Shown here: positions 12,431-22,992 of the stretch, piece by piece
How positions within the stretch are numbered: position 1 is the stretch's first letter
Layout of the letters: every line of letters begins with the position of its first letter
From: an uncultured Planctomycetota bacterium
GTDB taxonomy: Bacteria > Planctomycetota > Planctomycetia > Isosphaerales > Isosphaeraceae
Assembly (NCBI GenBank): GCA_963845755.1
Contig: CAWJTV010000047.1
Span: 32,001-96,000, forward strand
Direction: 5' to 3'
Length of the DNA: 64,000 nucleotides
Program-made: the position numbers and the translations under genes
The notes under the pieces: generated by a model
The model's input: only the letters and a program-made list of their open reading frames with translations
Told to the model about the DNA's origin: nothing
Database searches by the model: none

Positions 12431-13735
12431 TCATAGATCATCAAGAGTTGTGAATTTGTGCTTCGAAGTCGGCCACTCCTCCTCGACGCCCCACCAGAAG
12501 GCGGCCCCTGCGGCCACGATCAATCCGGCAATCCCGAGGCTGAGCCGCCAGCCCAGATCGGCGCCATGGTGCTCGGTAAAGAACAGGCTCAGGAGCGGAG
12601 TGAGCTAAGGCGACAAGGTCCCGCCCGCGTTGCCGCCGGTATTCATCAGCCCGGCCGCCGTTCCGCCGAAAGGACTACCCAGCTCGACGACCGAGGTCCA
12701 GAAGCCCGCCTCGCACAGACCGAGTAACCCGGCCGAAACGGTGAACGCCAGAAGTGTCATCCTGGGCCCCGATCCGAGCAATCCCAGTTCGAACACGACG
12801 CCACTGGCGATCATCCCCACGACCGGAATCAGCATTCTCCGCGCTCGCGGCGAGAAGGTCACCGGCACGCGGCTCGAGAGCCACCCACCGCTGAGCATGC
12901 CGACTCCCATGGCCAGCGTGATGATCGTCGAGTAGCCACGCGCCACATGAGCGTCTTGCTGCTGGATCGTCTTGAAGTAGTAACCGACCCAGTAGAAGAA
13001 CAGGTACTGGAAGTAGCCGTATGCGGCGTAGCTCAGGGTCAGACAAACCACGCTCCGGCGTCGGAGGACCGGCAAGAGGGCCGACGGGTTGAATCTGGCC
13101 CGCGAGGACGCACCGACGGAATCCGCCTGTTCGCTCGCCTGCCGCGTGCCGTACGTCCAGACCAGCGCGACGATGAAGGTCACGCCGCCGGAGATCACGA
13201 AGGCGAACGGCCAGTCGAAGAGGTCGATCAACGTCCCGAAGACCAGATAGGTCAACGCGATTCCCAGACAAGCGGCGAATGTCACCATTCCATTCGCCAT
13301 CGCTCGGGACTGCGGCGGCAGAGTTTCGAAGACCATCCGCGCCGAGCCCGGATGGAGCGGCGCATTGGTTAGTCCGAGCAACGAACGAATGACGATGAGC
13401 CCCAACCATACCGACATCGCCCCACTGGCCAGCAATCCGACCGCCCCCGTGAATGCGACGAACACCGTCGAGCCGAAACACAGCACCATGAGCGCGGTTC
13501 GCGGCCCGAAACGGTCGATGAACCAACCGCCGGGCAGCATCGCCAGAGTATAGAATAAGAGGAACGCCGAGTAGACCATCCCCATCCGGTCGGCCGGTAC
13601 TCCATATCGGGGAATGATCCACTCGTCGCCGGCCACGGAGATGCCGATCCGGTTGAAGTGACCGGTGGCCACGACCATCATGAGTAAGGGGACTGTTCTA
13701 CGCAGGTTGGAACCGATGGCGAATGATGTGCACAC
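12431..13735 (-). CDS. MFS transporter (anion:cation symporter-like) with an in-frame TAG at 12605-12607
   Basis: HFNRIGISVA, GGWFIDRFGPR, GTAAGLMNTGGNAGG; frame continues past the TAG as LTPLLSLFF..WRLSLGIAGLIVAAGAAFWW (last TM); start uncertain. Confidence 0.88.
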
Positions 13736-14157
13736 ACGGGAATCCCAGGTGGCATGAACGAAACGAAAGATCGCGCTTCGTTCCCCTCGATCAAGGCTCA
13801 CGAGTCCTCGTCGACCTTACGCGGAAAATTCGGTGGCGGCAAGGGTGTCCACATCGTTGTTCTGGGAAACCCCAGTGATTGTGTTTTCAATCAAGACCCC
13901 TCTGGCCTGACTTTGATCGAGGAGAGGGTGGATGTAAGCCGAAAGCCTCGTCGCTACGAAGAGGAGCGACTCGCAGCTGATCTAATCTCGCGGCACAGAC
14001 GTTTCACGTATTCGGCGAGTTCGCTTTGAACTCCCTGGCTCAATATCTCAAGCCAGGTCGTCCACCTCAAACCAGGTCTGCGAAGTGAAATGTCCGCATC
14101 CGGGGCAATCACCGAACGGATGGGACTTATGTGCCCCCCCACAGAAGCTTTCCATCG

Positions 14158-14537
14158 TCAACCGTCTTTTTCGGGCTCGGCCGAGTCTTCCAGGACGAGC
14201 TTCAAACTCACCCCGAGGGGCTCGATATAACGGTACAAGGTCTCGAGGGTTGGGTTCAGAGTCCAACCATTCTCCAGCCGGCTGATCGCCGCACGAGTTA
14301 GACCGGTGCGCTCGGAGAGGTCCGTCAAACTCAGTCCCCGGCCTGGCGCAGCTCTCGGAGGCGGACTGCCAGGGCTCGCAGTTCGATATACTGCGCCTGA
14401 GGAACCAGCTCATCCAGCTCGCCTCTGTCGATCAACTCGTCGGGGCCGGGGCGTTCGGTCCGCGCCCGATCCCGAATCGCCGTGATCGCGGCTTGCTGAT
14501 CCGCCGAGAGCGCGGGCTTGTCGTGCGTTTTGCTCAT
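14158..14537 (-). CDS. XRE-family HTH protein, putative antitoxin; frameshift near 14340
   Basis: Joined reading: LRELRQA-GLSLTDLSERTGLTRAAISRLENGWTLNPTLETLYRY; start overlaps the toxin stop (ATGA). Confidence 0.82.
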
Positions 14538-14815
14538 CTTTGCCTCCCTTGGGGCCGCGGGACTTCGTAGGCCGTGATCGGGTAGATTGTCCGGGGATCG
14601 TCGCCGACTTCCTCCCAGATCACCGTGATGTATTTCCCGGTCAACGTCTCACCGAAGGCTTCTGGTCGGCCGGATGATCGACTCCGCCCTGTCCGGGTCC
14701 GCGGGTCATGGAGAACGTCTTCGACCTCCTCGACTGTGACACCATGCTCGGCGATGTGCTGAACATTTCCGTCCGGGTCGTCGTCCAGATCCCAGATGAT
14801 CTCCGCGTCGATCAC
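14534..14815 (-). CDS. BrnT-like (RelE-fold) toxin
   Basis: WDLDDDPDGNVQHIAEHGVTVEEVEDVL...IYPITAY; GTG start with GGGAGG upstream; coupled to HTH gene. Confidence 0.75.
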   Translation of the reverse strand: MIDAEIIWDLDDDPDGNVQHIAEHGVTVEEVEDVLHDPRTRTGRSRSSGRPEAFGETLTGKYITVIWEEVGDDPRTIYPITAYEVPRPQGRQR

Positions 14816-15254
14816 TTCTTGCCTCCCATGAAGATCCCTCGGTTGCATTGTAACGAAATATCGAGAGCGTGTCGATCGCGTCGGACCCAGAAAGAAGGAC
14901 TTGTTTCGGCCCTGGTCTTACAGCAATCCAGCGAACCGCCGCCAGATCCCTGAATCGCCGCGTTCTCCAACGCGGCCCGAGGGATCGATCCGCCTGGCAA
15001 TGCTCGGATGCCCTCGATGGTTTGCCGACCGTGACGCGGATGAGGCTCGGGACAAGGCCGCCACCGAGTGGCCGGCCTGTGTGATCCGAGCCAGACCCCG
15101 ATCGGGGAAGCACTGGTCGGATATCCCTCGAGACGGTTCGACTTACGCCAGGACTCTTTCTTGCGGCTGGGCCGCGCTCTGACCAATTGTGGCTACCCGA
15201 GACGGATGCGCATCCCACCGAGGCCCGTGTTTCTCAGGAACCGGTGCAGCCGCC

Positions 15255-17705
15255 TCAGCCGCGTGCGACACCGAAGTGGCTCAGGACGTTCTGCAAGAGC
15301 CCGGCCCACTTCGGATCGGCCACGAGAGTCGAGCCGGCGTTGATCGAGCCAGCGTGAAAGACGCAGCCTCCGCCGGGACGCTCCCAGTAGATCATCTCGG
15401 CCGCGATCGAGATCCCCGGGGCCTTCCCGAGCGGGACCGGCCGCTGGAAGTAATCCCAGGCGAATGCGATCTTGCGGGCATCGGCGAACCCCTCGGCCAG
15501 CAGCGTCATTCCCGCGGGATCCTCGGTGGGCTGCGCGCCTCCGCCCGGAGGAGGATCGACGAGGAACTTCGCGATCGTCGAGACGCGCGCGTCGCCTTCG
15601 TGGCCAATCGGCTGCGGTAGGGGGAGGCCGGGTGTGCCGCCGAAGGCGTCGCCCTCGCGAAGTTTCAGATCATTCGGCCGGCGATAGAGGAAGTGATCGG
15701 GATTGCGGACCTTGTAAGGGCCGACTCCCGGTGTGCCCACACCGACGAGCGAGAAGTATTCCAGGCCGAACAGCCGCCAGGCCGGGAACCCGCACTCGCG
15801 CCACATCCCGCCGCGCCGGCCGTCGTGGCTGTGCCACATTTCCCCGCGTCGGTCGACGCGCACCTGAGTTCCAGGCGCATCCCCTTTTCGACACTCGATG
15901 ATCGAGGCATCGGCGTTGAACGAGACACGCCAGAACGCCGTGTTTCCCGAGAGGACAATCGCATTCCCGCCCCGATCCAGGTATCGACTCACCGCATTCA
16001 TCGCCTCGAGCGACCAGTATTCGCTGTGACCGACGACGAACAACACGCGGTAGCCGTCGAGGATGTGAGGATCGAGGTGCAAATCCGTATCGCTCAGGAC
16101 GTCGTAGTCGTACCCCTGCGTCTCCAGCCAGACTTGCGTGTGCCGATCTTGCCGGCAGAGGTGACTGTAATCCCAGGCATCGGGACCCATCAGCGTGTAG
16201 GGGCCCACGATCGGCCAGGGCATCCGGAAACCCATCTGATACGTCCCCTGCCCGGCGCGATGGGGGCGATAGAAGCCGAACGCCGGTGGATCGCCGGGGC
16301 TGTTGTCGAATCCATTGTTCCCGATCGACCTCTTGACCCCATTCCAGGTCGGGCTGAACGGCGTCGCCGCATACGCCTTCCAGGTGTTGGTCGAGCAGAG
16401 GAAAGCGATGGGCGCCTTGGGTCGCGCAGCCGCCTTCCGCACGATGAATACCGTGTGATAGAGCCGCTCCTCGCCGTCGAGCCGAAAACGCATACGGCCG
16501 ACATAGACGCCAGAACGCGCCTCGCCGGGCAGGCGATATTCGTGGCTGACGTTCCATCGGCAATCGAAGAGATCGTCGGACGCCAGCCGCAGGCCGTGGC
16601 CTCGGCGGGGGTCGTTCGCGGGATCATAGGTTCCGAACCGTGGCACATCCGCATCGAGACCGGGGCCGCCGATCATCCAGGTCGCCCCGATTGATGATCC
16701 GAGCGTGCCGACCGTGAGGACCGGCGTCCGCCGCACGCTCGCCCCGTTCCTCCGCCAGCGGCCAGCAGGCCAGAAGCCCAGGTCCAGTTGGAAGGGAGAG
16801 TACCCGGGAGGCGTGTCGGGCCTCGATCTCGGCGGGCGACAGCGCCCGGCCGTAGATCGTCGGCATGGCCAGATCCGCGTCGAGGAATTCCGAGGCGACT
16901 CCGTCCTGAGCTGCCGCTCCGATGCGCAGACTCGCGGCCCCGGGCCGCACGGAGCCGGAGATACTTCCAACTGCCAACCTCTCGACCATCGACCCAGACC
17001 TGCTTGACGGCCCCATCGAATCGGGCCACCACATGATGCCATCGGTTGGAGAGCACCGAGCTGGGCGTGTTGTCCGGAAAGGACTTCAGTCCTTGAGGAT
17101 TCACTTCCATCAGCACACATCGCGGTTTCGTGACGTGGAGGTTCTCCGCGACATAGGCCCCGCCATCGCCCAGATAAAAACCGAGCGAGCCGTCTTCGTT
17201 CACGAACAAGCCGAGGCCGCAGTGCGTTCGGCTTGTCGAACTGAGTGACGATCGCCTGCCGCCCGATCGTGCGCCATCGGCGGATCCAGACTTCGACCGT
17301 CAGCGCCGGCAACAAAGTTGCAGAGTCCAGCGGTTTCTCGGCCACCAGGTAAGAGCCGGGATGGATTGGCTGAAGTGACGCGCGTGAGGGGCCGAACGAG
17401 TGCAGGACTTCGTCGTGCGCCGGGCCGTCAACATCGGGGCCCAGGCGGCAGACTTGAAGCTCGTAGGGATAGGAACTGCTCACGTGAAAACGGACGACGT
17501 CTCCAGCCGCGACGCTCACGCGATCGGTATAGGCGTGGATGCCCGGGACGGTCACGGGCCGATGCGAGGGGAAGGCCGCCAGCTCCGGTTTGGAGTTCTC
17601 CGCTCCGGCCTGATCGCCGGCATGACTCTCGGTCGTCACGAAGGCCGAGGAAACCAGGGTGCATCCGGTGGCAGCCAGGAATTCACGTCGGGTCGGATCG
17701 GTCAT
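15255..17705 (-). CDS. Tat-exported N,N-dimethylformamidase beta-subunit family protein with LamG-like insert; frameshifts between about 16690 and 17220
   Basis: TRREFL Tat motif; AYTDRVSVAAGDVVRFHVSS; WHHVVARFDG (LamG, alternate frame); STNTWKAY; VGHSEYWS; LSGNTAFWRV; VFHAGSI. Confidence 0.85.
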   Translation of the reverse strand: MTDPTRREFLAATGCTLVSSAFVTTESHAGDQAGAENSKPELAAFPSHRPVTVPGIHAYTDRVSVAAGDVVRFHVSSSYPYELQVCRLGPDVDGPAHDEVLHSFGPSRASLQPIHPGSYLVAEKPLDSATLLPALTVEVWIRRWRTIGRQAIVTQFDKPNALRPRLVRERRRLARFLSGRWRGLCRGEPPRHETAMCADGSESSRTEVLSGQHAQLGALQPMASCGGPIRWGRQAGLGRWSRGWQLEVSPAPCGPGPRVCASERQLRTESPRNSSTRIWPCRRSTAGRCRPPRSRPDTPPGYSPFQLDLGFWPAGRWRRNGASVRRTPVLTVGTLGSSIGATWMIGGPGLDADVPRFGTYDPANDPRRGHGLRLASDDLFDCRWNVSHEYRLPGEARSGVYVGRMRFRLDGEERLYHTVFIVRKAAARPKAPIAFLCSTNTWKAYAATPFSPTWNGVKRSIGNNGFDNSPGDPPAFGFYRPHRAGQGTYQMGFRMPWPIVGPYTLMGPDAWDYSHLCRQDRHTQVWLETQGYDYDVLSDTDLHLDPHILDGYRVLFVVGHSEYWSLEAMNAVSRYLDRGGNAIVLSGNTAFWRVSFNADASIIECRKGDAPGTQVRVDRRGEMWHSHDGRRGGMWRECGFPAWRLFGLEYFSLVGVGTPGVGPYKVRNPDHFLYRRPNDLKLREGDAFGGTPGLPLPQPIGHEGDARVSTIAKFLVDPPPGGGAQPTEDPAGMTLLAEGFADARKIAFAWDYFQRPVPLGKAPGISIAAEMIYWERPGGGCVFHAGSINAGSTLVADPKWAGLLQNVLSHFGVARG

Positions 17706-17799
17706 GTTGAGACTTTCAAGAGAGATGGCCCGTGAGTATCGATGAAGCTGAAAACGGGGATAAGTCCCGAAAAAGGCCGAGGGCATTAGCAACTGCTAG

Positions 17800-18223
17800 C
17801 CTGGATTCCCATGGAGGCAGATTGGGCTAACATTTGTTGCCGCATGATTGGAAAAAAGCCCGCGATACTCAGCTTTTCGCCTCGGAACTGGTTATGCTCC
17901 TCCAAGAGTTAAAGGTGGGTCTCCCACTAAGTTAACTTGATCACCATGGATGATATGTTCGTCGATCGAATCTCACTTCCTCCTGGAAAACAAGGGGTTC
18001 TTGCGACAAATCTATCGAATTCACCACAGTGGATGCATTGAGTTGACACCGTGGATGCTCTTTTTTCAGTTTACGGATCACCTAACATCGAGAGAGGCGT
18101 TTCGATGAGCCGTTTCAAGCCAGAACCACTTGAAATCCAGGGGAAAACCCACTTCGACGAATTTTGCTTCGTTTATGGATTGCGTCGTAGCCTACCCCGT
18201 TTTTGCCTCCATGGGAATCCAGG
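17800..18223. mobile_element. Non-autonomous IS1380-like element (MITE / internal deletion derivative), 424 bp
   Basis: Perfect 20-bp TIR CCTGGATTCCCATGGAGGCA (17800-17819 / 18204-18223) flanked by CTAG on both sides; AT-richer interior; no long ORF. Confidence 0.8.
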
Positions 18224-18239
18224 CTAGGTATAGACCGGC

Positions 18240-18602
18240 TCATGACTTTAGCGTGTAGCCGAAGAGGTTGACGAACGCTACGAACGCGAAGTAACCCACG
18301 AACAACGGGCTTACCCCCAAGAGCAAGCCTAAGATCCCCTTGGCCACATCGCGACCACTCAGGAGAGCACGTATCGCAGCAGGCCAGGCCAGCAGGAGCG
18401 TGAAGGCGGCGATCACCAGTAGCAAGAAGGGGAAGTGCATGGGCCGGATGGCCGATCCGGGCGGTGCAGACAAGACGGTCGCTGCATTCAGGAAAGCCAG
18501 CACATTTCCGATCAAGCTCCTTCGAAGGGCAACACGTCCGGCATCGATCGCGGGCCTTCGTTTCATCGCTACGCCACCCTCGTCTGAAAGCTCGGAGCAC
18601 AA
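18240..18602 (-). CDS. Hypothetical small membrane protein
   Basis: Three hydrophobic segments; start uncertain (possibly MKRRP). Confidence 0.55.
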   Translation of the reverse strand: MCSELSDEGGVAMKRRPAIDAGRVALRRSLIGNVLAFLNAATVLSAPPGSAIRPMHFPFLLLVIAAFTLLLAWPAAIRALLSGRDVAKGILGLLLGVSPLFVGYFAFVAFVNLFGYTLKS

Positions 18603-18717
18603 GTCCGCTTATACGTCGAGTTCGGGCGAAAAGCTGGGCGAAACAGTCTGATACCGGCCCTGTCGTACCGGAAAAAATCGTCGTGTAATGATCTTATTCC
18701 AGTTTTCTGTTCCATCG

Positions 18718-20145
18718 CTACTTGCGGGCTAGGATCCCCTCGACGATCTCACCGTGCACGTCGGTCAGGCGGAACTCGCGGCCGGCAAATCGATAAGTCA
18801 GCCGCTTGTGATCGAGCCCCAGCAAGTGCAGTACCGTGGCATGGAGATCATGGACATGGACTTTCCCCTCGACGGCGTAGTATCCGTAATCGTCGGTCTT
18901 GCCCCAGGCGATTCCCGGTTTGACGCCGCCTCCGGCCAGCCACATCGTGTAACCATGGGGATTGTGGTCCCGTCCGTCGGTCCCCTCACAGGTCGGAGTT
19001 CGACCGAACTCGCCGCCCCAGATCACCAGCGTATCATCCCAGAGTCCACGTTGCCTGAGGTCCGTTAACAGCCCCGCGATCGGCTGATCGATGGCGTGCG
19101 CCAGGTCGGTGTGGTTCGACTTCAGGTTGTTGTGAGCATCCCAACCACTGGAGTTGCACTGGACGAACCGGACCCCCCGCTCCGACAACCGTCGTGCCAG
19201 CAGGCACTGGGTCCCGAAGTCGGCCGTGGTGGGATCGTCCAGGCCGTACAGGCGTTGGGTCGCTCGCGTCTCCCCCGCGATGTCCTGCATTTCCGGGGCC
19301 TCGGATTGCAGGCGGAAGGCCAGCTCGAACGACGCGATGCGGGCCTCGAGCTCGTCGTCAGGTCCTCGGGCTGCCGACTGGCGCCGATCCATCTCCGCGA
19401 TCAGGTCGAGCTCGAGCCGTTGCAGGTCTCGCCGCGCGGAGCCGTCGCCGATGAACGGAATCCGGGCCTCCTGGGGCTTGAGTCCGGCATGGCCGAGCCT
19501 CGTCCCCTGGTAGGCGGCAGGGAGGAATCCCGAGCCGAAGTTGTTCGCCCCGCCCTGCGAGAGGTCCTGGCAAATCGTGACATATCCCGGAAAGTTCTGG
19601 TTCTCGCTCCCGAGTCCGTAGGTGATCCAGGAACCCATGCTGGGCCGGACGAACGTATCGCTGCCGGTATGCCATTCGAGCACGGCACCGCCATGTCGCG
19701 AATTGGAGCAGTGCATCCCATTGATGACGCACAGGTCATCAGCTCGGCGTGACAGGCAAGGGAAGAGTGAGCTGATCCAGAGCCCGCTATCGCCATGCTG
19801 GCGGAATGAGAAGGGCGAACCTACGAGATTGCCCATGCGATTGGGGAACGACACCACCCGCGGGCGTTGCTCCGGCGCAAGCGGGCGACCGGTATCGCGC
19901 GCCAGCAAAGGCTTGGGGTCGAAGGTATCCAGATGTGATGGACCGCCAAACATGAAGAGCATGATGATACGCTTCACCTTCGGCCCGAAATGAGTCGGCC
20001 TCGGTGCGAGGGGATTGGCCGCGCTCGACTCTTCCGCCAGCATCGCCGATAGGGCCAGTCCGCCGAATCCGGCGCCGAGCTGCGCCAGCCATTGCCGTCG
20101 GGACAGCAGGCGTTCGCGCCGGGAACAACAGGAGTGAAGCGTCAT
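18718..20145 (-). CDS. DUF1501 domain protein (Tat-like N-terminus)
   Basis: SRRQWL..GAGFGGLAL, LFMFGGPSHLDTFDPKP, RPSMGSWITYGLG, GWDAH, WGGEFGRTP, GRDHNP, HVHDLHATVLHLLG. Confidence 0.95.
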   Translation of the reverse strand: MTLHSCCSRRERLLSRRQWLAQLGAGFGGLALSAMLAEESSAANPLAPRPTHFGPKVKRIIMLFMFGGPSHLDTFDPKPLLARDTGRPLAPEQRPRVVSFPNRMGNLVGSPFSFRQHGDSGLWISSLFPCLSRRADDLCVINGMHCSNSRHGGAVLEWHTGSDTFVRPSMGSWITYGLGSENQNFPGYVTICQDLSQGGANNFGSGFLPAAYQGTRLGHAGLKPQEARIPFIGDGSARRDLQRLELDLIAEMDRRQSAARGPDDELEARIASFELAFRLQSEAPEMQDIAGETRATQRLYGLDDPTTADFGTQCLLARRLSERGVRFVQCNSSGWDAHNNLKSNHTDLAHAIDQPIAGLLTDLRQRGLWDDTLVIWGGEFGRTPTCEGTDGRDHNPHGYTMWLAGGGVKPGIAWGKTDDYGYYAVEGKVHVHDLHATVLHLLGLDHKRLTYRFAGREFRLTDVHGEIVEGILARK

Positions 20146-20161
20146 CGGCGGCCTCCCGACC

Positions 20162-22666
20162 TCAATCGACATACACGAATTCATTGGAAGACAGCAAGGC
20201 CCGACAGAGTCCTTGCCAGGCGAGGCGCCAACGTCGTTCCGGGCTTTCACCGGTGAGTGACGCTGCGGATTGATATCGGTCGAGGAACGATTCCCATTCC
20301 GACACCTCCTCCGGCCTGGCAGGCCGGCCGAAGATACGCTGGCAGGTTCGCTGGAGGCGGTCTCGGTCGCTCAAGCCCGGGTCATTTAGCAGGGAATCGG
20401 CCAGGCTCTCGCAAGTGCATCCCACGATCGGGCTATTCATCATGAACAACGCCTGCGATGCGACCGTCGTCGAGGCGCGGTCGCCATTCAGGACCGCCGG
20501 ATCGGGAAAGTCGAAGGCCTGGAACACGTCGTAAAGGGCGCTGCGGAGGACAGGGAGGTAGACACTCCGCCGGGTCGATAGATAGAGCCTGGGATCGCGT
20601 CCGACTCCGGTGACGGAGAGGTCTTGAAACGGCACGGACGCCAGCAACGTCCCGCCCATCGTCGTGTCCAGTTGACCGCTCACGGCCAGGATCGCGTCGC
20701 GAAGCTCCTCGGCCGCCATTCGTCGGCGAGGCATGCGCCAGAGCAGCCGGTTCTCCGGATCGATCTGGGCCGCTCGTTCATTCCACGCCGTGCTCATCTG
20801 GTAGGCCCGGGACATGAGCATCCGCTTGTGGAGCGTCTTCAACAACCAGCCGTCGGAGACGAATTGATTGGCCAACCAATCCAGGAGCTCCGGGTGTGAG
20901 GGCAGCTCGCCCAGCTTGCCGAAATTGTCGACCGAGCGGACCAGTCCCTTGCCGAAATGCCAGCGCCAGACGCGATTCACGATGACCCGCGCCGTGAGCG
21001 GATTCTGCGGGCTCGTCAGCCATCGTGCCAGCTCGAGCCGGCCGCTGTGTCTGGAGGGCAGGGAGGTCTGGTGGACGCCCGCGAGGATCGTCGGCAATCG
21101 CCGCGCGACGACCGGTCCACGCGTCAGGTGATTGCCGCGCAGGAAGACCGCGAGGTCTCCGACCTTTCCTTCGGCAACCGCCATGGCCTTGGGGATCGAC
21201 GCATATTCCTTCTTGGCCTCGTCCAGCAGGGTGCCATGGGCGGCGCGCTCGTCGGCCGTCATCGCGTTCGTATTCCCATTGACGAGCGCATTATCGTGCC
21301 GGTCGATGATCTGTTCGAGGTCCTCGAGGCGGAGCATGGCCCTGGAAGCGCCCAGCGCCGTCGTGTTCCACTTGGAATCGACGCGGTGGGAGAGCATCGT
21401 CTGCGTGCTCTGGAAGATCCCGGCCATCGCGTAGTAGTCGCTCATCGCCAGTGGGTCGAACTTATGATCGTGGCAACGCGCACAGCCCATCGTCAGGCCG
21501 AGGAAGACCCGGCAGGTCGTGTCGAGCTGTTCATCGACGATGTCCATCCTCTGCTTCACGGGATCATCTTCGGCCAGCATCTTCGGCCCGATCGCCAGGA
21601 ACCCGGTTGCGACGATCAACGCATCACGACGGGACGGCTCCGATTCCGCCAGCAAGTCGCCTGCGATCTGTTCTTCGAGGAACCGGTTGAACGGCTTGTC
21701 GGAGTTGATTGAGGCGATGACATAATCGCGATAGCGCCAGGCGTCGGAGTAGGCGAGGTTGTCGTCCATTCCATTGGAGTCGGCGTATCGGGCGACGTCC
21801 AGCCAATGTCTGCCCCAGCGTTCTCCATATCGCGGAGAGGCGAGCAACCGGTCCACGACGCGTTCGAAGTCCTGGGCAGAATCATCGGTCAAGAACGCGT
21901 CCATTTCTCCCGAGGACGGCGGGATTCCCAGGAGATCGAGCGTGGCGCGCCGGAGGAGCTTCCGCTTGTCTGCGGGCGGAGCCGGACGCAGACCGGCCGC
22001 CTCGAGCCGCGCCAGGATGAAGCGGTCGATGGGGGATCGGGGCCATTCCCGATCGACGACCATCGGCGGAGTCGGGGCCCGCGGGATCTGGAACGCCCAG
22101 CATTGCCGCGCCGGCTCGTTCCATTCGGGGAGGCTTTCCGCGGTCGAGGTCGGTGCGGGACCCTTCGCCGAAGCCGGCCAGGGCGCCCCCATCTTCACCC
22201 AGGCGACCAGGGCATCGATCTCTCGCTGAACCAGTTTCTGTTTCGGCGGCATCGACACCTCGCCCTCGTGACGGACGGCGAGGATCAGCAGACTCTGATC
22301 AGGCTCCCCTCGAACAATCGCCGGGCCGGAGACACCTCCGCTCAGGAGCGATTCCAAGGAGTCGATGCGCAGTTTGGCCTTGCCTTCGCCCGATTCCGGA
22401 CCGTGGCAGCGATAGCACTGCTCGACCAGGATCGGACGAACCTTGCTTTCGAAGAACGCAATGCTGGTCTCGCCTGCGGGGGCTCCCGTCAATCGATTCT
22501 TTGGCGCAACCGCTTCCTGGCCGGCCGACTGGCACGCCAGGGCAATGGGGAGTACGAGAATGGCGTGTGGGCGCTTGCCGATCATGCCTATCATTAGACC
22601 CATCATCCATCCCGCCGGCAATAAGCCGATTGGCCAGAGACAGCCGCTCGATTTCGAAGCACGCAC
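20162..22666 (-). CDS. Planctomycete cytochrome c + DUF1549 + DUF1553 domain protein
   Basis: FFESKVRPILVEQCYRCHG (CxxCH), YGERWGRHWLDVARYADS, CARCHDHKFDP, NPLTARVIVNRVWRWHFG, PSHPELLDWLA, RRSVY; start uncertain. Confidence 0.95.
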   Translation of the reverse strand: MRASKSSGCLWPIGLLPAGWMMGLMIGMIGKRPHAILVLPIALACQSAGQEAVAPKNRLTGAPAGETSIAFFESKVRPILVEQCYRCHGPESGEGKAKLRIDSLESLLSGGVSGPAIVRGEPDQSLLILAVRHEGEVSMPPKQKLVQREIDALVAWVKMGAPWPASAKGPAPTSTAESLPEWNEPARQCWAFQIPRAPTPPMVVDREWPRSPIDRFILARLEAAGLRPAPPADKRKLLRRATLDLLGIPPSSGEMDAFLTDDSAQDFERVVDRLLASPRYGERWGRHWLDVARYADSNGMDDNLAYSDAWRYRDYVIASINSDKPFNRFLEEQIAGDLLAESEPSRRDALIVATGFLAIGPKMLAEDDPVKQRMDIVDEQLDTTCRVFLGLTMGCARCHDHKFDPLAMSDYYAMAGIFQSTQTMLSHRVDSKWNTTALGASRAMLRLEDLEQIIDRHDNALVNGNTNAMTADERAAHGTLLDEAKKEYASIPKAMAVAEGKVGDLAVFLRGNHLTRGPVVARRLPTILAGVHQTSLPSRHSGRLELARWLTSPQNPLTARVIVNRVWRWHFGKGLVRSVDNFGKLGELPSHPELLDWLANQFVSDGWLLKTLHKRMLMSRAYQMSTAWNERAAQIDPENRLLWRMPRRRMAAEELRDAILAVSGQLDTTMGGTLLASVPFQDLSVTGVGRDPRLYLSTRRSVYLPVLRSALYDVFQAFDFPDPAVLNGDRASTTVASQALFMMNSPIVGCTCESLADSLLNDPGLSDRDRLQRTCQRIFGRPARPEEVSEWESFLDRYQSAASLTGESPERRWRLAWQGLCRALLSSNEFVYVD

Positions 22667-22992
22667 CTTCGAATCTCTATGGCCTAAAATAAAGTTTTTG
22701 GATAACCTAAAAATCGACAGTCAAACGACCGATTTTACAGAGCAGGCCACAGGGATCGCGCTTGCTCGAATACCCGTTCGATCGAGCGCGGTTTGCCTTC
22801 GATAACGATCGAGGAATGAGGGACGAGAGGGGATGGGCGGGGCCGCTCTCCCGCCGGCCCTTCACGGCCGGCTCCTCTCTCAGAGATTCGGCCGCATTTC
22901 CCGCGACGAACCGCCTTACCGCTCGATCCTCGATGAGTGGCTCACCTTGGCAGATGGACCCGACCCTCCGGTTTCCAAGGAGTGACCCAATC

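Noticed and set aside
13754..14142. Short ORFs between the MFS gene and the TA pair
   Set aside because: No recognisable motifs and atypical codon usage; cannot support a gene call.
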